A model generated the notes under the pieces. The model worked only from the letters and a program-made list of their open reading frames with translations. It was not told the origin of the DNA and searched no databases. Below, piece by piece: positions 14,101-28,454 of a stretch of 64,000 bases of DNA. A program made the translations under genes and the position numbers. The first letter of the stretch is position 1. The number at the start of each line of letters is the position of its first letter. Source of the stretch: Balanoglossus misakiensis (lineage: Eukaryota > Animalia > Hemichordata); the NCBI GenBank assembly GCA_040954595.2, contig CM082577.2, positions 5,196,301 through 5,260,300 of the forward strand. The letters run 5' to 3'.

Positions 14101-17100
14101 AGGCTGATGACAAGATTGGTGTCGTCGTGATGTCTTGCGCCGCTGATAATTTCACTTTCCCATTCGCGTTTACAAAAAAACACCCAAACATTGTGGAGCT
14201 GTTTTTTGGTGAAAACATAGCCGAAGAAGTTTTCAGATTAAGATTCCAGCTATTTGGTTGCATGGCTTACGTATAATTTGCAAATCATGAGATGTACTAA
14301 TCACAAGGCTTGAGGTCGACCATTCAACCTGTAACAACTATAACACAACGTGGAACTTTATACTTGTGTGACGTAAGAATACATGGACGCGGAGAAGTGA
14401 AATTAATTAACGGTCACATGTCCATACCGTGCTCCGATTGACGCGGAAAAAACGCGTTCATAACTTCGTCACCGAAAGTGCCGATGTACAAGGGAAGAAA
14501 TGCTCGGAGTGAAATTTTCCTGTTAGCATCGCGTTTCTTTATCATTATCGTTATCGCCGCGATAGTACAATTATCATTATCGCGTGCGTTGTAATGATCA
14601 TTATCAACTCCATTGCCTACAAGGTGAAAGGGTCATAAAGTCCGTGGGTGACGTTTAGTGCATCCGAAATCATAAGCATGAAGTTGACAATTAACATTGA
14701 CCGGGAATAGATTGTGAGTGGTGCCATACCTGAGACTAGCGCTGCAGAAATGACCAGTTCTCTGTATTCACACGCGAGTCACCTCAGTGTACGTCTTTAC
14801 TGCATTCACAGTCACTCTGGACAGTCAGTCTGAAGCGTTGTGAACATATTATTGGTTGTCATATGCAGAGTGACACCAACAGATAAATGTTGAATGATAC
14901 CACTTCAGGCGACAACAGCAGACGAAGGCAGACACAACAATAGGATTGGCAGTGCAGTGGGCCTTAAATTTGCATATACATGTACATCTGTGACACATTT
15001 TGCACCTGCACATTTTACATTCAAATGAACGAGTTTTGGCGGGTAATTTGTCAATGTCCTGGCCCAGTGGTACATTGTGAGTTGTATCCCCAAGGTACAG
15101 ACACCGACGTGTACCACGTTTGGTTCTTTTACCCAACTGCGCGCATTTTGCCTGATGTCGGAAACTTGAAGTAGTCGACTGGGGACGACAAATTAGTTCA
15201 TAGCGTGCCTACATCGTCAATAGTGACTCATTATTACAAAGGATAAAACCTGTAAATAAGCAATCATGTCTGTTTTGCAGTCTGTAGCCGAGAGACAGAA
15301 GGAACACGGGCTTTAATGGGCAGTAACTTTGAACTCTTCCTGTGGAATGCGTCATTTTCACGTAGTTCCCAACGATTAGAGCGAAGAGGAAACTGAGAAA
15401 CTCGTAAAGACGGGCAATTGAGTAGTATATCGTGCGCTTTACATGTAAACGACTCGAACAAAGGCAGAAAACTTGGAGTCGTAATTTTTTTTGGCATCCA
15501 TCGGTTCTCTTTGATCGTCCCTGAGACCTATAAACTATCCTATTAAGAATGCCGCCACTTTTAATTTCCATTACAGCCTTTTGATACTGTGCAGAATATT
15601 CAGTATCAGAAGCCACAGGTAACTTACAACTGGAACTAACCAACTGGCAATGGCTTTATATTTACCCTCCATTGACAGCGGGCACAATAAGACTGACAGA
15701 CGATAGCTACATATATACGTTGTCTCTTCAGTCGCCGAAACACCAAGTATCATTATTAGGAACATGCGTTGTTGTCCGTGAAACGTGGAAAGAATTTACA
15801 TTTATACAATTATAATATGGGCCTCAAAAGATGATCAAATTCATGAATAAGTCAAACGTTTCGGATGATCTGTGCGAAATAACCAACACTAATCTCACGC
15901 GCATGGCAAGGCCAACACAACTAATACTCGGTCAACGGTGAGTTTTCAATTTTGTCGGGGGGGGGGGGGGTGAATCGGTACAGTGACGCATATGCGGAGA
16001 GGACCGCGTAATTTTATTTGCCAATGTCGCCGGAATACTAAGAAGGCTCTTTCTGTGATTGCAATCGTGCTCTGTCACACATCAATCATGTGACTAGTCC
16101 TCCTTTGCCTGTCAAGTGAGTTTTTTTTGAATTCCATCTTCTAGATTACATCGCTTGTACAGTCATAAACTATTGAATGCCAAGATGCTTTAGTGTTTAT
16201 GCCCTGGGGGGACTGGCTGACAATTTTTCGGCTGATCACGCAGTGGGCTTAGGATGGATATCTTCGCGTCATCCCTTCCCAAAGTTTGCAATTTCCGTAT
16301 TTTGTAGCTACAGAGCTGTAGCTTCCCTGGCTATTCTGCAAAAAAAACACATCATTGATGTATTTTTGATGTTTTACATCTGCGCGATAAATGATGTTTA
16401 CCTAATAACAGACTGATAACAGAAGACGGCCGGGGTAAATGATAAGTCCTGTCTAGACTTCACACACGAGGAGCAGTCTCCGTGGAACACGATATTCCTC
16501 CTCTGCGGCGGACTTCGGTATCAGTTCCTACCGAAATATACAGGGCGCAGTTTCCATGGAAACCTGCCAGTTGCTATAGACCACAATACCCGAATTGTAA
16601 ACTGCTAGTACATGCGTGTAACAATAGAGTGTGAAAAGCAACGTTAACGCCGACTGCATTATTAAACATGTGACAGAACCAGACGCTGTTTTTGTATAAC
16701 AACTGTAAAATGGAGACTGCATATATGCTCGGTTCGAATTCATCGATATTGGTTACAAACAAAAAGAACCAAGTTTGTAGACATTTTGCCAGGTGCTAAC
16801 AATGTACATAATCGAACACAAAACCTACACGTCCACATCTGAAATGGACTGTATGCAGAAAAAAGCAACATTTCAAACGAATTCATACATGAGACGATTT
16901 ATTGACAGTTCCTCTGGAGTTGTAGTGTTGACATCGGTGCCAACTCAATCGATGTCGGCTCTAATTACTTAATGGCCTACAGATGCCGCAGTGTGTACGT
17001 CGCTCATTGAGACTTGCAACTTCCGCGACAAGCCTATACGCGGGAAACCTTTTAATGCTATATTAAAATATGCGAGTGGAATTTTTGAAAGCAAAGCAAA

Positions 17101-20100
17101 ATATGGTGTTCGCAATCTTGCTAAATAATGAACACAGAGAGGTGCGGCCATTTTGAATTTCAATTTTGAAGCGATTTTGCTCTCTCATTCTAAATTTTAT
17201 CCGATGACTCCAATGTTTAATCATCCAGAGTTACCTTCAGCAACATATGAGAAAATGCGTCAGACATGATGTTGATTTTCGAGGTGCATTCTACCTTTAA
17301 CGGAGACAGGAAACGTCAAAACCAATTTCTTGTTCCAATTTAATTTTGTGTGCACGACACGGGATACGTGAGAGCGTCACCAATAATGGTTACTGGTTGG
17401 TGCAATCATACTTTCATATCTACGTGAACTTTTTTTGACCCAGACCTCATTTATTTCCGGGTCACTAGGAAAACGTGGCCGAAGTCAGCTTTTTTTTTAC
17501 AGCACTCAGTATAAACGACGTTTCTTCAATCATACTCGAGGGTCTATGCTTCGGTGCATTCTGCAATTCATATAAATGTTTGATGGTGAAACCATTTGAA
17601 CATGGATTGAAATGTCTCGCACAAAGCTTTCGAGTGATTGCATCAAAGAAGGGGGCCGCACACGTACGTGCACGCAGCTACCACTGCACCGGGCAGCGAA
17701 AGAACAGGGTCTTTGATAACCTTCACGTCGAAAAGACATGCCGTTTCAAAAAACGAAGCAAGAAGCTTGAAATGAACGACAGCTGATCGTCACAGCTGAA
17801 TAAAGTTACTTATCTCTCTATAGTCACCGACCTGAATTCTTATAGATTAATTCTTTTAATAACCCCAAACCCTGTCGTGTGGAACTTTACATGCACCAAG
17901 GACTGTTTGAAGAACAACTCATGCAAACGAATTATTCGACCCCGAGAATTCTTGCCGTTAACGTAAGGTGGAGAGGAAAGCCCAAAACTGAAGGACGAAT
18001 CACAGCCGAGAGACCGGTCATTCGATTCCTCTGATAGTCTGGAATCCTTAAGGCCTACCCAAAGCAATTCAACTTATCGTTATGCAGAGAACTTATGGAC
18101 GACACCATACTTACGGAGAACGATATGGTCTGACTTCCCATGAAGAAATTTCATTACACTCGTACATTGCCACCGTTTACCTGAAATAAAGGACACATGA
18201 ACAGTTAAGAAAACATACAGTGTAATTTGCGCGCCAAAATATTGCACCCCTGTGCCTTCAAACAGCATTCGCTAGGTCACACCGCAGCGCAGACGACACG
18301 AGCTGACAGATATCAGCCGCACTACTAATCTTTCCCGCGCTCTTGAGATTGATGGCGACGCCCGGTACTCTCAAATATGAGATCTTTATCATCAAGGGAA
18401 TTGAAATTTTCTTTCCTGGTTTTATGATGCTATCGCCGTAAATTGTGCGTCTGTCGAAGTAGCACCATAAACAACGAGTGACACCTTGTACTTATGTAAC
18501 CCATTAAATATGTACTGTTCGCCATAAGTATCCCTGACTTACGTGACCTCAGTGTATAGAAGTATATCCTATGACGTCACACGGACGAACCGATTGGAAA
18601 ACGAGAAACATAAAAAAGAGCCGCGTAAATTTATCGGACACGCGAAGTTGTCGTTCATGTAAACGTAACAGGGGGCATTTATTGATTCGTCAAAACTTGG
18701 GTATTTATGCATAATAGTAGCTATGGGGCAACTGATCATTACCAGGTATTTGTTTGTTATTACTACGGTCATCGATCATTTTGTCCTTAAAATTGTCTCT
18801 CTTTTCCCCTCTCTCTTTCTCTCCCTCTCCCTCAAACAAACCCACGTTCAGGACTGCCAAATTCAACGCGTCTGAGTGTAAACTGGAAGTTCCTTACTTT
18901 TTTGCCATAAACATTCTCTATCCTCTTAAATCAACTAATTAGGTAAGAGGTACGAACATTTTATTTGAACAGAGGCACTTAGCTTTTTACACAGTCTTTT
19001 TATGACGGCTAAATTGTGCAGCCGCAACTATTGTGCCTGTCACGTTTACTCACCAATGTGCTCAACATACTAATTTGGAAATAAAACACATTTCAAAGAT
19101 TTTGAAAAGGGACAGGAAAACGTAACTGCGTCGGCGAGAAAAGGGCTTCTGGCGCAAACGAATTTGAAAACCATTCACGCGGTTTACCCTTTTGAAGTGT
19201 TCATTCAATTTAGTAATTAACTACTCGTGCTAACCTATTCTGTGTCTTTGCAAGCAAGTCGAAGGCTTGTGTATAGTGGCGATGGTGTCTGTCATTGCTG
19301 TGAACGTATAGAATAACATACAAAAAAAACGGTGACGAAACACAAACAGAGGTGCTTGTTTGAAAGGGGAAAATAGATCCACTGATTTGATGACATATAT
19401 GTTCCCGTTAATTATCCTCGATGACGTCATATGCAACAACAAAAGTAAACGCAGAATGGAGTCCCGGTGAAAGGCCGGGTCACGATGTGTTACGTATAGG
19501 TAAAAAAAGATACTCTTTCATTATACAAGATAATTGCAAGATGATTCGCGTGTGAATAGATGTTTGCATCACATGTAGTTACAATCGAGCTATTGACAAG
19601 CCCCACCCATACTATACGTATCAAACTATTTCAGCCGTATTAGAAGCAACGTCAGTGTAAGTTATATTTTACATCTCACTATCGTTTGAATAGTGCATTC
19701 TTTCCTAGCTTATGAAATACCGATTAATTTTTCTTAACAAAAAATAAAACCTGCACATGTAAAATAATTCTCAATTATTCAAGCGACAGGGGATTAATAA
19801 AACACGAAAATGAACATATATTGTGTTGCTAGGCGATGATTCTGTTCTGTGTGTTTTATTAGCTATTCAACATTTTAATTGCAGGTGGTACAGTGTTATT
19901 GCAGCATCTGGATTTGAGAAGTGTTGGAAAGGAACACACGCGAGCACTATGCAGTCCAATCTACTAATCCGAAGGTAAAGAAACCCACAAGAAAGGATTA
20001 TAGTCTTGGAGTTTCCGATAATTATGGAATTACAAGATCACCCATGCACATTTTGCTACAGTTACCATGAGAAGTTAAAACCTAGCCAATCACAGATTTT

Positions 20101-23100
20101 CAGTGAGTGACCACGCGAAAAAAAGTGCTCCGCCACATAATCATTCGCAGAATAAGTCACACCCAGTTTTTTGACCATATAAGGGCATTTGTAAATTAGA
20201 GGCGATTTATAAACAAAACCAAGGCAGCCACCTTTCCCTATACTTGGCGCTGGAAATGTTTCTTTTGTGGTGCCCGGGGAACGGATAAATGTTGAAGATT
20301 ATCCAAACGAGCTTTTCATAATGGAATGTGGTATCTGTCTACTATACGCCGACCGTTTAGTCTTTGCTCCGTGCTTAAATTTTGCTGATGAGGTCTCTCT
20401 TTAATGTGCACTCCGCTGTCATATCTCATATCTGATGATTGCGGGAGCATGGCAAGGGATCCTAATGGCGTGTCAGAGATCGAGTACCGCACCAGGGAAC
20501 GTCACTGCGCTATCTCAAAATCTGGATAGATGGCATTTGGTGCATATATGGCATGGCATGGGCTGACTTAAAAGATTGATGGGCAGATGGATAACGTGGC
20601 CTGTTAGCTGCCCTCGTCATTTCCGGAAACGGTTACAAGTTTTTAAAGAGGCATATACTTGGTAGGATTAAATCACGATCAAAGACCGTGTTTTATACAC
20701 TTGTAAACCAACAACGGTTAAGTAATTCGAGGACGGTATATATGTAATCGTTACAAAATCAACTAAATGAGCATGTCTTGAAGAACCTCTACTTTACAAT
20801 TCTCGGCAAAGTATGCCAGTCTAAACTTTCATGAGAAGGAAAGTAAAAGTCATTTAATGTAAAATTGGCGATCCAATAGCTCATATACACGTTTCCCTTT
20901 CTGCAGAGTGAGTGAGGATGGCCCGCGTTACTATTAACCAGCGAGTAATTGATCGGTTGTACCTGTAAGGCAAACGCTAACGCATTCCAAATAGCACTAA
21001 GTTTTGAGACACTGCATCTAAAAACCACTGGTTGACAGTTTTCACAAGTTTAACACAAAGAGGCACACGTTGCTGAATGCAAAATTTCGGAAGTTACTTT
21101 CGCTGAATGTCTTTGTGACAGAATAAATGATGCTTTGGGAGCCACGCTTGTAAACAGTCATCTGTATAATTTGCAAAATTCGCAAGAACGAGTCTGTATA
21201 GATCCTTTATTTCCACACAGAAATGCGTTTCAACGGAATCCTTTGAAAGCGACGAACGTGAATACAGCGATACATTGAATGTGCGGCTATTGTGTTTGAC
21301 GGTTTGGACGAATTATCCTTGGCGGCTCTATTATCAAATTGATCAGCAGTCATTAACGTTACTTTGCGTCTCGTCTGACCGACGTAATGCTTTTTAAACG
21401 TTTCATCAGTTAAAGTATGTATTTGGTTGTGGTTAAATGTGTTTGACGACAGGTGCAGAAAATAAAATCCGTCTCTAGTTGAGATGTTTTTTTAAATAAA
21501 AAAGTGACATCGATGACCTAGTTACGTTCTGTTTGATTGGTTGTCAACAGAACGTTTCCTCGTAAGGTCCAGAGTCCAAATGCGATCAGATGTATCAAAC
21601 GGCCCTCGTCGCCAAGTTGCTATCATTAAGAACTCATTTTCATTAAAGAAAATAGAATGCAACGTAAAACTGCAATCCCTATCAGAGAATAAACAATCAC
21701 TCACGTTCAACATCGTTGGCGGCATTAAAAACTGAAGGCAGCTTAGCATATTCTTTCATTTTGCAGATTTCCCGCCCTCTTAAGCTATTGCATATATCGT
21801 CAGCTTACGTGTTCCAAAAGAACATAATCAAATAACTGTAAAGCTTTATAACAATCCGTCTTTTGAATGTTCGAAGTAAATTTTGTTTGATCGATCCAAA
21901 ATTTGTTACAGAATGAATAGACGTAGTACATTATGTCAATAGTAGAAATAATTACAACTAAAAGCATGTTCATGTACAGATCGATTTCCGACAACTTCGC
22001 TCACATTTTCTCTAGTTTATAGTTATTTCGACACACGATTTTAAAGGGAAGAGTTTTTTTGTAGAAATGTCTTCGATGTGTGCTTTTTCACTTTGGAGGA
22101 TAATGTATTTTTTTATAAAAGACAATTCTGGTCTGTTCTCTTAATTCATGTAACGAATCACAAGATTCAAAAACTAACTTGGTGTTTTCTGGCTCGCGAG
22201 GTCTTGATTTTCCCGCCCTAATTTTGATACGTTGACGTTATTCAGTGTATAAGCTGTACACGAACAACTCGTAGCATGATTAATTTAAACAAGCAGCGTG
22301 CCGTTTCACGTGACATCGGGGTGTGTTCACTATAATTCACTTCATAATACCCTCAATAAAACAAAGAATTAATTAACATCGTCTGAATAGAACAGTCAAT
22401 TCTAACAAAAACATGATTGCGAGAATCAGGGGAGTGAAGACTGTGGTACTGTGTCAGTAAAAGATACCAATCCACAAGAAGTGGTATCACAAAGTAAAAT
22501 AAACCAAAACTCTGCGCACGTTACATAGTTGTGAGTCCATAGCTCTACCATTGGATATTTGAATACTGTAGGCCCTATGTGCTGAATTCGGCAGTGACTT
22601 TTCGCGCCACCAGCAGGAAATATGTACTCACTTCTGATCTGACCGATGTTTCTCAGGAGTCTAATTTTAAAACAACCAGAAAAGTTATACTAAACTGTGG
22701 CCACGAGTGAGGGGCAGTGTAGTACGTTTCGTAAGAGTCATTCGATGAAGGGCTAATTTCCCGTCATTGCATGTGAGTCTGAGATAAATTGAATTCGATA
22801 CAAATTAAGTACGTATTGTTCGTCGCCAGAATCTGATCAACCAAGTGCGCACAATGAGCCATTGAGAACCATGTACGATGTATACGACCTGAAACGCGTG
22901 ACCTACCTGTATATGTCGTGTCCAGCTGATATTTCGTGTCATTGCACGTCGAGAAGAGACCAAAGTGACCGTTGATAATGGTGGTCTCCCGAAGATTGTT
23001 TGTGACACCGCTACCGTCGACACTGTCTCTGAGTTCGGTGTCGTTGGTGTTTTCAGCAGGCGACAGAGTGGACGATATTTGGCGCGCTTGTCCTTGCCGC

Positions 23101-23219
23101 GTGGCGGTGCCCACTAACCAGGACGACGTCCCGAGAGCGATGGAACATATGACCCAGGCTGAGACGGACAAGACGACGGCGACCGCGGGCAGGTGTTGAA
23201 GATGTTTGGCGCTCAGCAT
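5103..23219 (-). CDS. Claudin/PMP22-superfamily (CACNG/TARP-TMEM114-like) tetraspan gene B, 249 aa
   Basis: Exons 22907-23219, 18115-18180, 10936-11073, 5103-5335 (313+66+138+233=750 nt). All introns are GT-AG and phase 1. Motifs: GTSSW...HFGLFSTC | GKRWQC | QWKSVIAFE...AMA | LFMMVG...WGYGSSF...AVPV*. Four hydrophobic segments; clear paralogy with gene C. Confidence 0.88.
17140..17300 (-). mobile_element. Non-autonomous DNA transposon (MITE) family 1, terminal fragment with a TTAA-flanked, Kolobok-like end
   Basis: The reverse complement reads ttaaAGGTAGAATGCACCTCGAAAATC...tgagagagcaaa...aaattcaaaatggccgc, matching the copy at 30357-30670. Confidence 0.65.
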
Positions 23220-24992
23220 AGCGTGGGAACTGAACGAGAGTCACTCGGTGTTGTAATTCGCATGATTTCACCTAAAAAAAATAAAACAACAACAAAAAAA
23301 CGGCGTGTGTGTTGACGATTCTCCGAGGTCGCAGTACCGTCCAGACCCTGCCGGGAACGAGCCACAACGCTAGCGGTAGGACCACGTCTCCATGAGCCAG
23401 GTGAACCGTGTGTTGACTGAGCTCACCCAAAACTCACAGTCGCCGAGCGTATTACTAAACGGGAAGCATTCCTCCGACCACTCTTGTCATCATCGAAAGA
23501 ATTCCACGTGAGTCCGTATTAGTGGTTATCACCCACACGGGAGACGGAATCTAATGAATAATTCATGTTGTGCTTATCCTTCGGAACTCTTGTTGAGATG
23601 TATTAAAAAATATCATGGCTGAACGAACTACCAGGTCTCGGCGCATATCTCCGGAGCAGTTTCTGTTGTTATGGCAACCTGATCACCCACCCAACCAATC
23701 AACGGAGTGGCAGTCACGGCTATTAGAATCCGATAATTATGATAGAAATTCTGCGGCATAGAACGAGTATTTTGATAACCCGCTATTTGGCACTGTAACC
23801 TGTGAAGATGCACACACAAGTATAATTACATGATTGCTACACGAAAAACCATTTAAAAGTGTATAAACATAGAAGCGCCCTCTGACGTCAACTTTTCCGC
23901 TGGCTTCCGAGGCATATTCTGTTTCAGCGTCTTCGGGCATTTTGGTTGGGTTAATAATAGCTCACTGCTAAATCGAATATGCTATGACAGTTTTCTTTCA
24001 ACACTAGCGCTAAATATTTCATCCCGTGGACAGGCTAAATTAATTCGAAAAGAAGTCACCGAACCTGGATAAAATTTAAATATGAATAACGAAAGTCATA
24101 CTTTTCTTTGTGCCGTGAAATTACTATGCGTTTCACAGAACAATGGCGAAAGCCGCCCCATTGAGAGCGCTGAACGATTAATATACTTTGGTGTGATCAC
24201 GGTGCATTTTTCATGCAACGTCTTCCATGCGAGGTATTCATTTCCCAGCTAAGCCACAGCCCCCAGTCTATGACTTTTTAAAGAGGCTCGTTATTGTCTA
24301 TTGTCTCATTTATCTGGAGAACATCATATTCCCGTGAATATTGCAGACTGAAATTCAGTGTCTGGTTACGCGTTTTGACGAATTGAAGGGGAATTATTTT
24401 TCCATAAAAATGGCTGCGGACGCGTTTTTTATGTAATCCCCACGTGACACCTTGCTGGACAAGGACGTAACGCAAAAATGCAATTATTTTAACCGCACCT
24501 GTAATGCTTGTTCATCGGTATGCACACTCCAAGCTCATTAGTATGCACAATGCGAACTCATTAGCATGCATGCATGACACACGTTCAAGCAAGCACCGGG
24601 TAGTATTCCACACGGATTCATTAAAAGCTTAAATGTTTTAATTAATTGGCTTATACCGATGACAAGACACAGGTGTATGCATCGCGACTTCTTGCTGTGA
24701 AAGATATATGCAGTTTCTTATCAAGGCTAGGCAATACACTGTACGTTTGAAGCGATCTTCATTCTGCGATTTCGGCCATTGTATCTATAATTTGAATAAT
24801 TCGTCTATAACATTAGCTTTTGGTTGTCGGCTGCTATTTTAATCTCCCCAGGGATTGATTTTCGTGCTATTATTCTACTTCTCGGGGAAACATAGTCGAA
24901 CGCGCACTAATTGGGGCCCAGCCAAACAACGACTCGACACTAAAACGAGTACGACCAGGGAACCAGACCTACAAAAACGTGTGAACAAGACA

Positions 24993-25006
24993 CCACTAGA
25001 GGGCGC
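24993..25006 (+). promoter_or_regulatory. CTCF-like site between divergent genes B and C
   Basis: CCACTAGAGGGCGC matches the canonical CTCF core. Motif match only. Confidence 0.5.
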
Positions 25007-27435
25007 CTCAGCGTGGTTACTGGAAGCGGCCAACATGTTGAAGCAAGTTTGATATATGGGCACCAGACGGACATATAACAAAGCGTAACAAATAAAAATA
25101 GATGAACAATTTCATGATGCAGTAAAACGCAAAGTACAGACAAATATTGGAGTGCTGCATGCTAAAAATATTATTCTGTCAAAACTAAATGTATGTGCCT
25201 GAAACGAGTGGGTACGTGATAATACAAAATAAATATTTTTATTACAGATGTGCCAGTATAGTTATAGAATTTGGCAATTTATTACCCCAGTTGCTCGTTA
25301 AAAACGGTGTGTTGGTGCCTAAATAGGGCATGTGATAAAAGGTAACGATGCATTGTAAAAGGTAACTGTACTTAGTAATGCTACGTATGCAGCCACATCA
25401 TTTATTTTTCAATGGTGTAGGCCTACTTCTCAGTATTCCGTCGTCCATGGTAGCAGTCACAATTTGCGCCGACTTTGACTTGGTAACAAACAACTCCTGT
25501 GTCGTGTGGGACCCAGACGCGCAGCCGCAGACGGGACGACCCAACCCTTTGAAACTAAGGAACATGGTTGCGTAAAACGGGGTGTCGAAAGCTGTGATGA
25601 GCCATTCCACAATCTCCTATGCGATCCGTGTTTTTTTAATATTTCGCCGTCTCCCCGAAAGCTGGCGCTCTTCCAATGAATTATGAAAAGCGATGGCAAC
25701 CGTAGTTGTGGCTGTTATTTTATTTAACTTGCAATACAAGCAAATTATTAGGCGCTCCTGATCATCAAATTATTTCAATTAATTGCATAGGAATAAAGTG
25801 TAATACCAACAATGTTTCATGTATGAGAGGTAACACAAAAAATATTTGAAATACATGTATATACTTTTTTATCTTTTCGCGTTAAATTTTTCTCCGGCCA
25901 TAAAAAAACTGTGTCATCCACGACAGAAACGATTCAATTTTAATGACAATAATATCAATATTTTAGGCAAATTATAATGCATATCCGAATGGTTTTCAAA
26001 CACCTAATCAATAATGACATTTGAATATCCATAATTAAGACTGTTTTAGTACATGTAGGCATGGGTTTCAACATCGTTTTTGGTGAGAAATGTGGCATTG
26101 AACTACAGTGTTTGTAGCAAGTACTTTTTTCACTTTCCGACTTTGTAAAATAGAATTTTTAAAAAAATAAAATGATCTCAATACACAGTTCAGCTTGCCA
26201 GTTTCGTTTGTGTGCTCAACGTTATCCATAAAATTAATGTACACAACCAAACTACCCTGGAAAATGAGTTTGATATTTTGTAGTAAATTCAATTCAAAAC
26301 CGGAACGTGTGTATACACAATGGCGCGCCTTCTGCTCCTTCTGTGTTTTATCTGTCTGTCTGTTTCGATAATTATAGGGGCAATATCCCGGTCCAGAATT
26401 AAGCTGGAGGCGTACATCAACAGGAACGGTTCCCGCAAACACACGAGTGAATAACACAGCAGGCCGAGTTACTAGTAGTTTTTTCTCTGATTAATGGGTG
26501 ACTGTCCTGCGTAGAGGTGTGAATGCTCTTTACGACCGCTTAAAGTTGAGGGTAGGTACCAATTGAAACCTGCATTGATGAATTAGATGTACCTCAAAAT
26601 ATGGATTTTGAGACTAAATATGACAGTCTGAAAGTCTATGCCTTTCAATGCATGCAAACCAGGGCTTCGGGAATTTAGCAGTGGGGGCGTTAGCTTAACG
26701 ATGGCGAATATTTAGATTCATGTCGTAAGAAACAGACTGAGGTGAAATATCGAAAGATTATGATCCCTTCGCTGATGCGACGGGCGACTTTCCATCGGTC
26801 AGCCAGAACCATACATTTCTGGCGCACGACCATAGACAGTTATGTAATAGCGACGATTGGCTCAAATATATGTACATGTACGTGTATTATACCACAAGAT
26901 GGATTTGAATATTGAAGAGTCTCTCCTCGTTGTACGGTATATGCGACACGCACACCTTTCTTCATTTGGCTTTGAGCCATTTGATTTTGAGATTTGCTAT
27001 GCTTTCTGCAAAAACACGATGTTACACATGAACATATGTGTTTTAAATGATTGGGTTCTTTCAGTGGGGCCATAATGATCAAGGCCTTACTTCTCAGTGT
27101 CACGTTCAGTTGGGGTCGACCGAAACGGGCGGTAGATCGCATTACGGCCCCGTTGCTCCTCACTGGCACAGCGTGGCATTGCGCGTTCTGTCGGCGCCCA
27201 TCCCCGCCGTCAAAAAATGGAAGCTCCCTGATGAGAGAGCGCGCGACGGCTGTTTCTCAGTCAGTCAGTGAATCGCACATTTTACCTCGTGACCAACAGT
27301 TTTCTGTTGGTGTCGCTCCGCTCCGGGGCTCCCAGGACAGACACTCCGCGACACCAACGCGTCGTCACGTACGTGATTAACTTTTCTGAGTGTTTTTCTT
27401 TTCTTTTCGTCTTACGTGCAACGGCGAGGACAACA

Positions 27436-28422
27436 ATGCCAGAGCAGAGACGCGGGACGGAAGACGAGACGAAAAAGGGCCGGGCGCAGCGTTCTGCTGG
27501 GAGAAGCGGGGTGGTCATGAAATGTCTGGTGCTGCTACCGATAATCGCCGTCGCCCTGCCCATACTGGGCACCGTGTTCGCCGGGGTGGCCATCGGGACG
27601 TCCTACTGGGTCGTCGGCTCCGTCACCATAATTGACCACAGCAACGGCACGGGCGAAGAACCGCCTAAACAGCTGAGGTACCTGAGCCACACCGGTCTGT
27701 TTAAACACTGCGAGCTTCTTCAAGATTCGGACTCGTCAGAAGAAGGTAGACACCTAACTTTTTTTTCGCACGCGGCCGCATACAACCGCGTGCATTTTTA
27801 GTAGATTTCGCCATGCACGTCAGAATTTCTGTTGTATTTCTAAACCCCATCAGCCTCCCAATCAGTACCCCGACACCCGATGTAACAAATAGCCCCCCCC
27901 CCCCCAAACCTTCAATGATGCTAACACCTTGAACTATTTCTCATGCCAGTATGGTTTCCATTTCATGTTCTACTGGAAAGTTGGTGGTGTAAAAAATCGC
28001 CGTTTAATTTAAGGCTGGGCAGAATTAACAAGAGAGCGGCTTTTTATATTAGGGGTTGTCACTGACTATTTTTCATGATGCCTGTATTTAGGGCAGAGTC
28101 ACTTTGGCCTTCATGTTTTGCGCAAACATAATATTTCGGAAGGGTAAGTTGCGTGTAGTGATGTTTTGACAAATCAGTTGAATCAAGCACTCAAAATTGG
28201 ATTTGTAACAGGTTGCGGCTTTCATACGAGTGCCGCCAGAAAATGCCGCCTGTAATTTTTAGATGGTTTAAAATATTATAACCGTAGCAAAGTGACACCA
28301 AAGGACACAACTTCAAAACCTTTTACATCAGTACACACCCTCCGCCAGCTACTTAATATCACGTCACTTTTCTCAATAATCGAATTTTAATCGAATAATC
28401 ACGTCGAATAGCACAACGAATA

Positions 28423-28454
<32 letters not shown>

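Noticed and set aside
14730-14783. Alternative candidate for gene B exon 2 (LACEYRELVISAALVS, donor GTATGG)
   Set aside because: No acceptor in compatible phase. 18115-18180 has better sites and the W-x-C motif shared with gene C.
25590-25765. Box C (GTGATGA) with a distant box D
   Set aside because: Intergenic, spacing too long, no terminal stem or recognisable rRNA guide.
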